Positions 27,991 through 37,456 of a DNA stretch of 64,000 bases are shown in pieces. Numbering within the stretch: position 1 is the first letter of the stretch; each line of letters starts with the position of its first letter. A program made the position numbers and the translations under genes. The notes beneath the pieces were generated by a model. That model was given only the letters and a program-made list of their open reading frames with translations, did not search any database and was not told the origin of the DNA. The DNA comes from an uncultured Candidatus Saccharibacteria bacterium (GTDB lineage: Bacteria; Patescibacteriota; Minisyncoccia; Phycocordibacterales; PALSA-1337), in contig CAZVQB010000001.1 of the NCBI GenBank assembly GCA_964629235.1, positions 4,431 to 68,430 on the forward strand. The letters run 5' to 3'.

Positions 27991-29211
27991 ATGAACAAAG
28001 AAAAATTTTCTAAAATATCTTATACAGCAATTGGAATACTATTAATCGTCATTATATTCTTTATAGGGAACATTTATGGTCAGAATAAAGGCAAAAATCA
28101 GGCACTACTTAGTCTTGCACCTGAAGGAGTAAATATTAAGAATGAACAACTAGAACCATTTTGGAAAGTCTGGGGAATAATAAATGATAAATATGTAGAG
28201 GCAACAACTACAGATACACAAAAGAGGATTTGGGGAGCAATATCAGGTCTAGCAAGTTCACAAGGTGATCCATATACAGTTTTCTTCCCACCTGAAGAGA
28301 GTAAATCATTTAAGAGTGATATAAGCGGTAACTTTGAAGGTGTAGGAATGGAAATCGCTATTAAAGATAAGTTTCTGACTGTTGTAACCCCTATAAAGAA
28401 CAGCCCCGCAGAAAAAGCCGGAGTAAAAGCAGGAGATAAAATCATAAAAATAGATGATAAAGTTGTAGCGGATCAGCCTGTTGATCAAGCAGTAAAGCTT
28501 ATTCGAGGCGCAAGAGGAACAAAAGTAAAGATTGTATTTATGAGAGAAGGAGTTACTGGCCCAATAGAGAAATCAATAGTTCGTGATGTGATAGATATAC
28601 CAACTATAGAAACAGAAGTTAAGTCTGATATATTTATTATAAAGCTATTCAGCTTCACTAGCCAGTCTCCAAATCTATTTAGAGATGCTCTTAGAGAATT
28701 CCTACAATCTGGTAAAAATAAATTAATTATTGACCTGAGAGGGAATCCAGGAGGATATCTAGATGCCGCTTGGGACATAGCTAGCTGGTTCTTACCAGCA
28801 GGCAAAGTGATCGTTACAGAAGATTTTGGCGGAAAAGGGGAGAATAGGGTTTTCCGAAGTAAGGGTTACGATGTAATGAATACATATTTTACTGGAGGTT
28901 ATAAAGTCGCAGTTCTGGTAGATGGTGGTTCAGCATCAGCAGCAGAAATCCTTGCTGGAGCACTGCAAGAACAAGGAGTTGCGAAGCTTGTTGGTACAAA
29001 GACATTCGGAAAAGGTTCTGTACAAGAACTTATAGAGATTACTCCAGAAACTTCATTGAAAGTAACTGTTGCTAGATGGTTAACTCCAAGTGGGCACAAC
29101 CTATCACACGATGGTTTGAACCCAGACTTCGTAATTCCTGTAACACCAAAAGATATCGAAACCAAGAACGATGTTCAGACTCAAAAAGCTATTGAAATTT
29201 TAACTAAATAA
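27991..29211 (+). CDS. carboxyl-terminal processing protease (peptidase S41, Ctp/Prc-like) with PDZ domain
   Basis: N-terminal signal anchor, PDZ domain, and S41 catalytic motifs (GNPGGYLD; ...SASAAEILAGALQE..). Confidence 0.8.
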   Translation: MNKEKFSKISYTAIGILLIVIIFFIGNIYGQNKGKNQALLSLAPEGVNIKNEQLEPFWKVWGIINDKYVEATTTDTQKRIWGAISGLASSQGDPYTVFFPPEESKSFKSDISGNFEGVGMEIAIKDKFLTVVTPIKNSPAEKAGVKAGDKIIKIDDKVVADQPVDQAVKLIRGARGTKVKIVFMREGVTGPIEKSIVRDVIDIPTIETEVKSDIFIIKLFSFTSQSPNLFRDALREFLQSGKNKLIIDLRGNPGGYLDAAWDIASWFLPAGKVIVTEDFGGKGENRVFRSKGYDVMNTYFTGGYKVAVLVDGGSASAAEILAGALQEQGVAKLVGTKTFGKGSVQELIEITPETSLKVTVARWLTPSGHNLSHDGLNPDFVIPVTPKDIETKNDVQTQKAIEILTK

Positions 29212-29226
29212 GTTTAGTATAATCAT

Positions 29227-29670
29227 ATGAAAATAATATTATTGAAAGATGTTGCCAAGGTTGGAAAGAAATTTGATGTTAAAGAGATAAGCGAAGGATA
29301 TGCACACAATCTACTTATCCCAAAGGGTCTAGCTATTGCAGCTACTCCAGATGCATTGAAGAGAATTGATATTGAAAAGGCTCGAGATGAAGGAGAAAGA
29401 AAGATAAGACACGAACTTCTAGTAAAGAATTTAAAGGATCTTGATGGGGTTACAATCACTATGCTTGAAAAGGCAAATGACAAGGGCCACCTTTTTGCTG
29501 GAATTCATAAAGCAGAGATCATCCCTGAAATCCAAAAACAAACTAGAATCCAGATTGATGCAGAGCATATGGTTCTTGATAAACCAATCAAAGAGTTAGG
29601 AATGCATGTTATTGAGGTTAAAGTAGAGAATAAGAGTGCGAAGTTCAATCTAGACGTACAGGCAAAGTAA
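29227..29670 (+). CDS. rplI: 50S ribosomal protein L9
   Basis: MKIILLKDVAKVGKKFDVKEISEGYAHNLLIPKGLA is the canonical L9 N-domain. Confidence 0.85.
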   Translation: MKIILLKDVAKVGKKFDVKEISEGYAHNLLIPKGLAIAATPDALKRIDIEKARDEGERKIRHELLVKNLKDLDGVTITMLEKANDKGHLFAGIHKAEIIPEIQKQTRIQIDAEHMVLDKPIKELGMHVIEVKVENKSAKFNLDVQAK

Positions 29671-29694
29671 TAGGGGATATAGACAAAATATCAA

Positions 29695-29726
29695 AAAGTG
29701 AGTAAAAACAAAAAACCGATTATCTC
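29695..29726. terminator. bidirectional intrinsic terminator between rplI and rpmA
   Basis: aaaaaaccga-ttatc-tcggtttttt. Confidence 0.65.
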
Positions 29727-29739
29727 GGTTTTTTGCTGT

Positions 29740-30009
29740 TTATATTACATTTACGATTTTCTTTCTTTTAATAGTATTATCGAAATGCGTCTTTCTCTTT
29801 GTTCCAAACTCTACCTTACCGTCCTTTAAAGCAAATAGGGTATGATCCTTACCCATACCTATATTCTTGCCTGGGATAACGTCTGTACCTCTTTGTCGCA
29901 CGATAATTGAGCCTACAGTGACTGATTCACCGTGATTTACCTTAACTCCCAGGTATTTGGGATTAGAATCTCTACCGTTTGCGGTCGATCCACCTGATTT
30001 CTTGGTTGC
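29740..30009 (-). CDS. rpmA: 50S ribosomal protein L27
   Basis: [24 protein letters not shown]... Start taken at Met9 of the ORF-track frame. Confidence 0.9.
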   Translation of the reverse strand, partial: ATKKSGGSTANGRDSNPKYLGVKVNHGESVTVGSIIVRQRGTDVIPGKNIGMGKDHTLFALKDGKVEFGTKRKTHFDNTIKRKKIVNVI

Positions 30010-30073
30010 CATAGTGGGAACAGTATATACCAATATGGGTATTTAATGCAAGCCCATAGGCCTATTTTAGCTA

Positions 30074-30102
30074 TTGACATTTTAGACAATAAATGCTAAT
30101 AT
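30074..30102 (+). promoter_or_regulatory. sigma70-like promoter (TTGACA-17-TAATAT)
   Basis: Consensus -35 box with 17-nt spacing to the -10 box, about 55 nt upstream of the transglycosylase-like gene. Confidence 0.45.
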
Positions 30103-30159
30103 ATATAGCAATAACGAGATTACGTTGATTCATATCAATATAGTCTCGTTTTAAATTAT

Positions 30160-30615
30160 ATGATTGAACTTACAACAGGTATCATGTTTCTTATGTCCTC
30201 AATGTACGGAGCAGGTAGTTATTCGGTAAATGCTGTAAATTTTCAACCATTAACAGCTACTACTTCGAAAAATACTGCTGCAGCTATAGATAGTATGGAT
30301 AGAGCAGCACTTGAAAAATATCTAAGAGAACACTTTGCTGATACACCTATCCTTGTTGAAATCGCTAGATGTGAATCAACATTTAGACAATTCGATAAAG
30401 ACGGTAAGGTTATCAGAGGTAAGGTAAACAGTGCAGACGTAGGTGTTATGCAAATAAATGAAAAGTACCATCTAGAAACTGCAAAGAAACTTGGTTTAGA
30501 CATACACACAGTAGACGGTAACATAGCTTATGCTAAGTATCTTTACTCAAAGTATGGAGCTGAACCATGGAGTGCATCATCACCATGTTGGGGGAATGCA
30601 GTTGCAGTTAAATAA
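30160..30615 (+). CDS. secreted lytic transglycosylase/lysozyme-like protein
   Basis: Signal-like N-terminus. ARCESTF....DVGVMQINEKYH resembles the SLT/GEWL catalytic Glu and GLMQ motifs. Confidence 0.5.
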   Translation: MIELTTGIMFLMSSMYGAGSYSVNAVNFQPLTATTSKNTAAAIDSMDRAALEKYLREHFADTPILVEIARCESTFRQFDKDGKVIRGKVNSADVGVMQINEKYHLETAKKLGLDIHTVDGNIAYAKYLYSKYGAEPWSASSPCWGNAVAVK

Positions 30616-30684
30616 ATATAAACAAAAGCCGGCCTAGCCGGTTTTTGTTTTGTGGGTTATCATGGATATAGAAAGGAGGTAATT

Positions 30685-30796
30685 GTGAAAATCAAATTAT
30701 CTAGAATATTGGCTCCATTGAATCCCGACACAGCTATTGGTATCATCATGCTTTGTATTATCTGCACAATCATATATGCAGTGTTTTATTTTTGAT
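30685..30796 (+). CDS. 37-aa hydrophobic micropeptide with strong RBS
   Basis: AAAGGAGGtaattGTG start. Product MKIKLSRILAPLNPDTAIGIIMLCIICTIIYAVFYF. Bracketed by terminators at 30626-30648 and 30807-30846. Confidence 0.35.
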
Positions 30797-30806
30797 CAGA
30801 AAAAAT

Positions 30807-30846
30807 AAAAACCAGCTACTCTACTGAAGTAGCTGGTTTTGTTTTA
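30807..30846 (+). terminator. intrinsic terminator
   Basis: aaaaccagctact-ctactgaa-gtagctggtttt. Confidence 0.7.
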
Positions 30847-31266
30847 ATCTTGGAATCGTGTAGGTGATTCTGTTGAATCATTATGCAGAAAGTACATTGA
30901 GATCAAGGTCCGTGTTGGACTAAGGATGATGCTACCGTTCTTACCTTTGATATTGACCAGTTTTTTCGGTAAGACTCCTCTCCAGTCGATGATTCTCAAA
31001 AGTGATTTTCTACTGATACCACTTATCAAGAATTTACCATGATCACTTCCGGAAAAAGAGATGAAATCAGTGATTGAAATTTCTCTCCAACAACCGATGA
31101 GTTGCCAGTACCGAATAAGAGACCAGATCACTAATCGATGGAATCTTATCGGCATTAGTTTATCGAAACCCTTAGGTTCGCAACTAGTTGAGAGATGCCG
31201 TGGCAAAATCGGATATTTCTGCACGGTCGATATTTTAATTCGTGGCATATTATTCCTTCTGAACAT
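30844..31266 (-). CDS. hypothetical protein (GC-shifted singleton)
   Basis: 140 aa with no recognisable family. GC is higher than the surrounding sequence. An AT-rich ~290 bp gap lies upstream. Confidence 0.3.
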   Translation of the reverse strand: MFRRNNMPRIKISTVQKYPILPRHLSTSCEPKGFDKLMPIRFHRLVIWSLIRYWQLIGCWREISITDFISFSGSDHGKFLISGISRKSLLRIIDWRGVLPKKLVNIKGKNGSIILSPTRTLISMYFLHNDSTESPTRFQD

Positions 31267-31558
31267 AAACTACCATAGTTATTTTTTATTATCTAGTGCA
31301 AGATATATTGTTGCACACCAGGGCAGGGAATTTAGCTCAAAATTAGACCCAGTCTTCCCCGATTCATTTTTTAATAAAAGGCACATGACATGCAGGGTAG
31401 AGAATAAGTAAATAAAAATGTATTAAATATAAAATATTTGTAGATTATTTTATCTATAGAAATATATTTATTAAATAATTTAATGCATACTAAGTATCAA
31501 TGGGTGATAGGTTTCCAGACCTTTTCTCCTCTATATACAACGTCGCACAATATATCTT

Positions 31559-31882
31559 TTACGCAATGTATAGGGCTAAAATACTGCCCCGATATATAGA
31601 AAAAAGCACCTTATGGTTGGTGCTTAATTCTTCTTTTACTGTTCCCTGCATCTTTTCATCTAATTTCTTTAGTGTTGGACTCCATACATATTTTATAAAT
31701 ACTTCTTTCCAAATAAATTCTGCTGGAATTTTTAAATATTTATTCCAAACAATAACTGTAAGTTCTTTAGCGAAATTAATGTTATTTTGAGCTGCAGTGT
31801 TTTCTAGAGCCTTTTTAACGTCAAAACCAAGGTTACCTAGTATGATGAGACCTATTAAAGCAATTATTAGCCACTTGATCAT
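31559..31882 (-). CDS. hypothetical small membrane protein
   Basis: N-terminal TM helix (MIKWLIIALIGLIILGNLGF). Confidence 0.3.
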   Translation of the reverse strand: MIKWLIIALIGLIILGNLGFDVKKALENTAAQNNINFAKELTVIVWNKYLKIPAEFIWKEVFIKYVWSPTLKKLDEKMQGTVKEELSTNHKVLFSIYRGSILALYIA

Positions 31883-31910
31883 AATATGCGAGTATTATAT
31901 CACTTATTTT

Positions 31911-33215
31911 TTATTTGCAATTAAGAATAGATCTGACAACTTTTCTATCGTCCCAGGGGATTGATTTGCCATCAATAATCATTGATTGTTCAGCTCCTTT
32001 GCCAGTTATAAGGACAATATCATCAGTCTTTGCGAGATTAAAAGCTTTTTCAATTGCTGTTTTACGATCTTCAATTGTAAATAAGTCTTTATTTCTAATT
32101 TTACCGAATTTCTCCGCGACAACGGCGATATCTTCAATAATCTCTTTAGGATCATCTTCATAAGGATCAACGTTCGCAACTATCACATAATCAGCCAGTT
32201 TGGCTGAAATTTCGCCCATAAGAGGTCTTTTTGCTTTATCGCGACCCCCACCTTCAGCACCCAGAAGAACGATTATCTTTGAACCAGGTTTGCGAATAGA
32301 AACTGCGGTTTGTAATAGATTAGTCATACTTTCTTTTTCATGAGCATAATCCACAACTACTGTAAAATCTTGGCCTTCATTTATTATTTCCATTCTTCCT
32401 GGTATAAGTTCAAGGTGTTTTAGACCTTTTCTTATATCAGTTTTATCTATATTAAAGAGCTTCGAAATCGCAATCGCCGGTAGGGCATTGTAAATATTGA
32501 ATTTACCTAGAATTTTTGTTTCATACTCTTCCCCATTTACATCAAATTTTACTCCTGTTTTTGTATTTGAAATATTTTCTGCTTTATAATCTGAATTTTT
32601 ATTTATTGAAAAAGAAATTTTTTCATCAGATTTAAAGCTAGAATAATATTCAGCATGATCGCTATCACTATTTGTGATAATTACTTTCTTAACTTCATCG
32701 CCGGCGACTATTTTTCTAAAACTTGAAATCAAATCTTTAAAAATAATCCCCTTTGTCTGTTTATATTTTTCAAAACTATTATCGTGAGATGGTAAATGTT
32801 CTGGGAAAAGGTTTGTAAACACTAAGATATCGTAACTAATACCTATATTTCTGTGCTGTTTTATACCTTCTGATGTAGTCTCGATAATGCAGAATCTACA
32901 TCCTTGTTTTGCCATATCTGACATTAGGCTTTGTATTACAAATCTTCCAGGCATAGTCATATGATATTTATTCATACTCTCTGTCTCACCGATTCTTATA
33001 TTTGCTGTACTTATTATTCCAGTTTTATATCCTCCAGCAGTTAAACATGACCAAATAAAGTTTATTGTAGAGGTCTTCCCTTTTGTACCCGTAACACCTA
33101 TTACGATCATTTTTTTTGAAGGGAAACTATAGATCAAAGCACTTAGAATTGCTGATGAATAGTAGTAAATATCAAAAATTTTATATGGAATAATTTTTTT
33201 AATTTTATTTTTCAT
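31911..33215 (-). CDS. Mur ligase family protein (MurE/MurF-like, lacks N-terminal domain)
   Basis: P-loop VIGVTGTKGKTST, central and C-terminal Mur ligase domains (DYAHEKESM); 434 aa. Confidence 0.6.
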   Translation of the reverse strand: MKNKIKKIIPYKIFDIYYYSSAILSALIYSFPSKKMIVIGVTGTKGKTSTINFIWSCLTAGGYKTGIISTANIRIGETESMNKYHMTMPGRFVIQSLMSDMAKQGCRFCIIETTSEGIKQHRNIGISYDILVFTNLFPEHLPSHDNSFEKYKQTKGIIFKDLISSFRKIVAGDEVKKVIITNSDSDHAEYYSSFKSDEKISFSINKNSDYKAENISNTKTGVKFDVNGEEYETKILGKFNIYNALPAIAISKLFNIDKTDIRKGLKHLELIPGRMEIINEGQDFTVVVDYAHEKESMTNLLQTAVSIRKPGSKIIVLLGAEGGGRDKAKRPLMGEISAKLADYVIVANVDPYEDDPKEIIEDIAVVAEKFGKIRNKDLFTIEDRKTAIEKAFNLAKTDDIVLITGKGAEQSMIIDGKSIPWDDRKVVRSILNCK

Positions 33216-34240
33216 AATTTTATTCTTTTAATTATTTTTCTAAAATTATATAGATTGTACCAGAATGTCTGTTCAATATGATCATAAAAAACAGAGTGAA
33301 TAACCTCCTCTCCTCCGAATTTCTTTTTAAATGCTGTTATACCCTCCCAGCCTGATTTACTCATCTTTTCATCTGTTATAGCACCAAAATTGTAATGAGT
33401 ACAGCCAATTCTTTTTGATTCAATGATAGCTTTCCATTGAGCGAGATATGCTGGCATTCTATTCCTTTCTTCATTACTTGAAGCGCCAAAAACATAGTTT
33501 GCTATGCCACCAAATGGAATAACAAGATCTATTGCAAGAACTTTTCCATAAAAACTTGCAACTGACAAAAAGGAATTTTGAATCTTCGGTAAGTCATTAA
33601 AGATGATCTGATAATATTGTTTATCATGAATACTAAAACCGTTTCTTTTTGCTGTTACATTCATTAATTCATAGAAATTATCGAAGTATTTTTGGAAATC
33701 CTTATTTATTATTTCGACTTTAATATCTTTTCGCTCTGATAGACGAATAGAATATCTAGTTTTCTCGTGCATATTCATAAGTATTTCATCCAAACTTTTA
33801 TCGAGTTTTAAAAACCATTCAAGTCTCGGTTGGAAATACGCTGAATAATAACTATATTTTGGAGATTTTTTAAAAAACTTTTGTATAGTATTTTCTGGAA
33901 TACTAGGTGTAAAATCAAATCTTGTAAAAACAATATTATTTTCTTTAGATAACTTTGAAATAAAATCCTTCAGAGCTTTCAAGAAATCTTCAGTAATATC
34001 TGTAGTTATAGGGCCGTATGGTATATAGAAATATGATTTATTAAAAAATAACTTGTATTTTATTATTTGAAAATATGCAATTTTTTTATTATTTTTTTTA
34101 ACTATAAACCTTTTTACTTCTCGATTCATTTTTTCTTGCCATTTTCCATAGAAAATTGCTTGGGTAAAGGGCGTACCTTGCACAATAGTATTTGGGTCAA
34201 AATCTTCCTCTTTTAATTCTATAAATTCGTAGGATTTCAT
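33212..34240 (-). CDS. FemAB-family aminoacyltransferase (peptidoglycan interpeptide bridge formation)
   Basis: GNAT-like duplicated fold with FemAB/FemX pattern (RFIVKKNNKKIAYFQIIKYKLFF..YIPYGP). Overlaps the mur ligase start by 4 nt, so operonic. Confidence 0.5.
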   Translation of the reverse strand: MKSYEFIELKEEDFDPNTIVQGTPFTQAIFYGKWQEKMNREVKRFIVKKNNKKIAYFQIIKYKLFFNKSYFYIPYGPITTDITEDFLKALKDFISKLSKENNIVFTRFDFTPSIPENTIQKFFKKSPKYSYYSAYFQPRLEWFLKLDKSLDEILMNMHEKTRYSIRLSERKDIKVEIINKDFQKYFDNFYELMNVTAKRNGFSIHDKQYYQIIFNDLPKIQNSFLSVASFYGKVLAIDLVIPFGGIANYVFGASSNEERNRMPAYLAQWKAIIESKRIGCTHYNFGAITDEKMSKSGWEGITAFKKKFGGEEVIHSVFYDHIEQTFWYNLYNFRKIIKRIKL

Positions 34241-34261
34241 CGTTAAATTATATATTAGAAA

Positions 34262-35533
34262 TTATAGATAAGATAATGGGTTTAGGTAAGCCTTTGTATC
34301 AGAAAGTGGTAGTACAACATTTCTACAATTTATACTTGTTGGTATAGTACCGATTCGAACTCCTTCTGAAGCATACACTCCGAAATGAAGGTGAGGGCCA
34401 GTAGAATTACCGGTATTTCCACTATAACCAATCTTCTCCCCTACTGAAACTTGTTGGCCTTTTACAACAGATATTAGTGATAAGTGACCATAAAGAGTTG
34501 TGAGGCCATTTGGGTGTTTTATCATTATCCATTTACCATAAGAAAGACATCGTCCGATGCTTGTATTACCAGCTCCTAGTACAACACCTTCCATGGCCGC
34601 CTTCACTGGTGTTCCTATGGGCGTTCCAAAATCTATACCATTGTGGCCGCTACCTTTATAGACTTGAGGATTTTTTGTTGCAAATTCTGTATTGCCGAAA
34701 TATTGTGTGATTCTCACATTATCTAAAGGCCATTTTAATATTCCTTTTCCAACACTTGGTATACTACTTGGATCAATTGCAATCTTCAAAGCGGATTCGA
34801 ATTCAAAAACTTCTCTTTCATAAAGTTTTTTCTGTGCTTCTCTAGCTGCTAGTATCTTTTTATAGTTTGCTTCAGTATTTTTTGTCTCAGTTAAAATAGA
34901 ATTTTTTTCTTTTACCGTTTCAGCAACTATCTTTGTTTGATCTTTAAGGTTATTTGTCAAAATTACCAATTCAGATTTTTTCTTTTCAGTTAATTTTTTA
35001 TTTTCCTCAAGATTTGTTTTTAAATCCTCTAACTCTTTTATTTTATCCTGCATATTTGTTTGCAAAGTAACTAGCTCATCTGTATCTTTCCAAAAATCTG
35101 AAAAAGTATTCTTACCCAATAAACTTTCAATTGTTGAAGCTGAATTCATTTGATTTATATCAAAAAAAGATCTTGATATAATTCTTCTTGCATCAACTAT
35201 ACGATCACTTTTATCACCGATTTGGAATGACAATTCTTTTATTTCAAGATTCTTTGCTGCGATTTTGTTTTCAGTTATTTTTGTATCAGCTTCAAGTTTC
35301 TTTTTTGAAATATCGAGAGATTTTACTGTATTACTCAAACTATCTTTCTCTTTACCTAATGCCTCGATATCAGTTTGATATTGTTTTATCTCTTGCTCAA
35401 GTCTATTTATTGCTTCGTTTCTATCTGATATTTTACTTTTTAATTCATCAATTGACTGCGCCTTTACTATTGAGGCACATGGTATTAGAAACGCTATAGA
35501 AAATATTAATATTTTAAAGTAGTTCATAAGCAA
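34262..35533 (-). CDS. M23-family metallopeptidase with N-terminal coiled coil (EnvC-like)
   Basis: Signal peptide, long coiled-coil, and C-terminal HNGIDF...GNTGNSTGPHLHFGVY M23 zinc motifs. Confidence 0.75.
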   Translation of the reverse strand: MLMNYFKILIFSIAFLIPCASIVKAQSIDELKSKISDRNEAINRLEQEIKQYQTDIEALGKEKDSLSNTVKSLDISKKKLEADTKITENKIAAKNLEIKELSFQIGDKSDRIVDARRIISRSFFDINQMNSASTIESLLGKNTFSDFWKDTDELVTLQTNMQDKIKELEDLKTNLEENKKLTEKKKSELVILTNNLKDQTKIVAETVKEKNSILTETKNTEANYKKILAAREAQKKLYEREVFEFESALKIAIDPSSIPSVGKGILKWPLDNVRITQYFGNTEFATKNPQVYKGSGHNGIDFGTPIGTPVKAAMEGVVLGAGNTSIGRCLSYGKWIMIKHPNGLTTLYGHLSLISVVKGQQVSVGEKIGYSGNTGNSTGPHLHFGVYASEGVRIGTIPTSINCRNVVLPLSDTKAYLNPLSYL

Positions 35534-36833
35534 ATTTGAGTCTCTTTATCGTCTCTTGTTTGCCTAGAATTTCTGAAATTATAAATGGGTCTGGCGACTT
35601 TTCTTTTCCTGACAATGCAAATCTCATTGGCCATAAGATATTACCTTTGCCTTTTTCTTCAGCTAAAGGCCATAGAATATTTTTTACACTTTCTTTTGAG
35701 AAGTCATCGATACTGTTTAACTTTTCTATTATCATCTTTAAATACTCTTTTGTATTCACCAAGTCTTTTTCTTGTTTCCACTTTAGTGATTCCTTATCAT
35801 AACTACCAACTCCATCTACAAAAGACAATTCACCATTTAATAGTGCTTCTATTTCTCCAAAATAACTAATTTTTTCTTTTATTAAGGGTAGTATTTTATT
35901 TGGAATATCTTTTGAAATAAAATTCTTTGCATAAACAGAAAATTCTATATCAGACATTTTTGAAATGTATTGTTTGTTGAACCAATTTAGTTTTTCAATA
36001 TTAAAAACTGCTCCAGCTTTTTGTATTTTTGAAATATCAAAAGCTTGTATCAATTCTTCAATACTAAAAATCTCTTGTTCTGTTCCCGGATTCCAACCAA
36101 GTAAAGCAAGATAGTTTATAAGCGCTTGAGGTAGATAGCCATTCTTCTCATATTCAGTAACACTTACAGCACCATGACGACCCGATAGCTTTGACTTATC
36201 TGGGGCTAAAATCAGTGGTAAATGGGCATAAATTGGCTTTGGAGCCCCTATTCCTTGCTGAATGAGGATTTGTCTAGGGGTATTGGAAATTCCATCATCA
36301 CCGCGAATTATATGAGTAATTCCCATTTCAAAGTCATCTACTACCACAGTTAGATGATATAAAGGTTCATCAATATTTCTAGCAATAATAAAATCACCAA
36401 GTTCAGTAGTATCGAATGTAATATCACCTCTTATAAGATCAGTAAAAGTAATCTTTGTATTTGGATTTTTAAAACGGACTACTTCATTTTCTTGTCCTGC
36501 TTTTTCACCTTCCTCTATTTTTTCTTTTGATAAATAGGCTTTATTCTCATCAACCAATTTTCTTAGATATTTTTTATAGATTTCAGTTCTTTCACTTTGC
36601 CTTTCAATAACTTCATTGTCCCAAGAAATACCTAGCCATTTTAAACTTTCAATCATTGAATCTTCATATTCTTTTTTTGATCTAGTTCTATCTGTATCTT
36701 CCAAACGAAAAACCATTTTACCATCATTCTTCTTTGCAAAAAGATAGTTAAAAAGTGCTGTTCTTGCTCGTCCAATATGTAAAAAACCTGTAGGACTTGG
36801 AGGAAATCTAGTTATAACTTTATTATTTTTCAT
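35514..36833 (-). CDS. gltX: glutamyl-tRNA synthetase
   Basis: HIGH motif (PSPTGFLHIGRARTALFNY) and class I GluRS core; 439 aa. Confidence 0.9.
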   Translation of the reverse strand: MKNNKVITRFPPSPTGFLHIGRARTALFNYLFAKKNDGKMVFRLEDTDRTRSKKEYEDSMIESLKWLGISWDNEVIERQSERTEIYKKYLRKLVDENKAYLSKEKIEEGEKAGQENEVVRFKNPNTKITFTDLIRGDITFDTTELGDFIIARNIDEPLYHLTVVVDDFEMGITHIIRGDDGISNTPRQILIQQGIGAPKPIYAHLPLILAPDKSKLSGRHGAVSVTEYEKNGYLPQALINYLALLGWNPGTEQEIFSIEELIQAFDISKIQKAGAVFNIEKLNWFNKQYISKMSDIEFSVYAKNFISKDIPNKILPLIKEKISYFGEIEALLNGELSFVDGVGSYDKESLKWKQEKDLVNTKEYLKMIIEKLNSIDDFSKESVKNILWPLAEEKGKGNILWPMRFALSGKEKSPDPFIISEILGKQETIKRLKFAYELL

Positions 36834-36850
36834 TGGAGACTATTATAGCA

Positions 36851-36878
36851 AAAAAGTACCTTTTACGGTACTTTTTTG
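36851..36878 (-). terminator. intrinsic terminator
   Basis: aaaaagtacc-ttttac-ggtactttttt. Confidence 0.6.
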
Positions 36879-36894
36879 TTTTGAAGAATTTTTA

Positions 36895-37404
36895 TTATCC
36901 CTTTATCTCTGTAACACTTGTACTTGCACGGAATGTCTTCATTATATCATTTCCTGAAGCATCTTTTACAGGCATATCTTTTGCTGAATCAAAAACTTTA
37001 TTTCCATCTGTATCAGCATAGATTACAGCGTAATACAATGAGCCCTCAGTAGTTGAACTCTTTAGAGTTACCTTTCCTGGGTTTATACCCTTATCAAAGT
37101 ATTGAGAACCGATTATATCTCCTGGTGTTCCTGATTTATCCTTCTTGATAACTACGAAACCTGGGTTTGATAGTTGAACTGAAGATAAATAAACTATATT
37201 ACCTGGAAATTGATCTGTTACAACAACTCGATTTGTATTCTTTGCATCAGTTGATGATACATCTTCTGTTGTCTGTGTATCATCCATTACAGTCTTAACA
37301 TCACTTCCTTTAAACATATAATAACCTACTAGGATCAAAGCGATAATTACAATCACTGTAACTACCCATTGCCATGTTTTTACTCCATTTGATTCTGGTT
37401 GCAT
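36895..37404 (-). CDS. hypothetical membrane-anchored protein
   Basis: N-terminal TM (WQWVVTVIVIIALILVGYYMF) followed by a Ser/Thr/Asp-rich extracytoplasmic region. Confidence 0.3.
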   Translation of the reverse strand: MQPESNGVKTWQWVVTVIVIIALILVGYYMFKGSDVKTVMDDTQTTEDVSSTDAKNTNRVVVTDQFPGNIVYLSSVQLSNPGFVVIKKDKSGTPGDIIGSQYFDKGINPGKVTLKSSTTEGSLYYAVIYADTDGNKVFDSAKDMPVKDASGNDIMKTFRASTSVTEIKG

Positions 37405-37456
37405 AATTTTATTTGCTGCGCTGATAATTACTTATGAGGCTATTATACCACAACCA

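Noticed and set aside
31270-31558. ~290-bp extremely AT-rich intergenic stretch inspected for sRNA, repeats or an origin.
   Set aside because: No DnaA-box clusters (TTATCCACA), no repeats and no stable hairpins. It is probably just promoter DNA for the divergent/tandem minus-strand genes.
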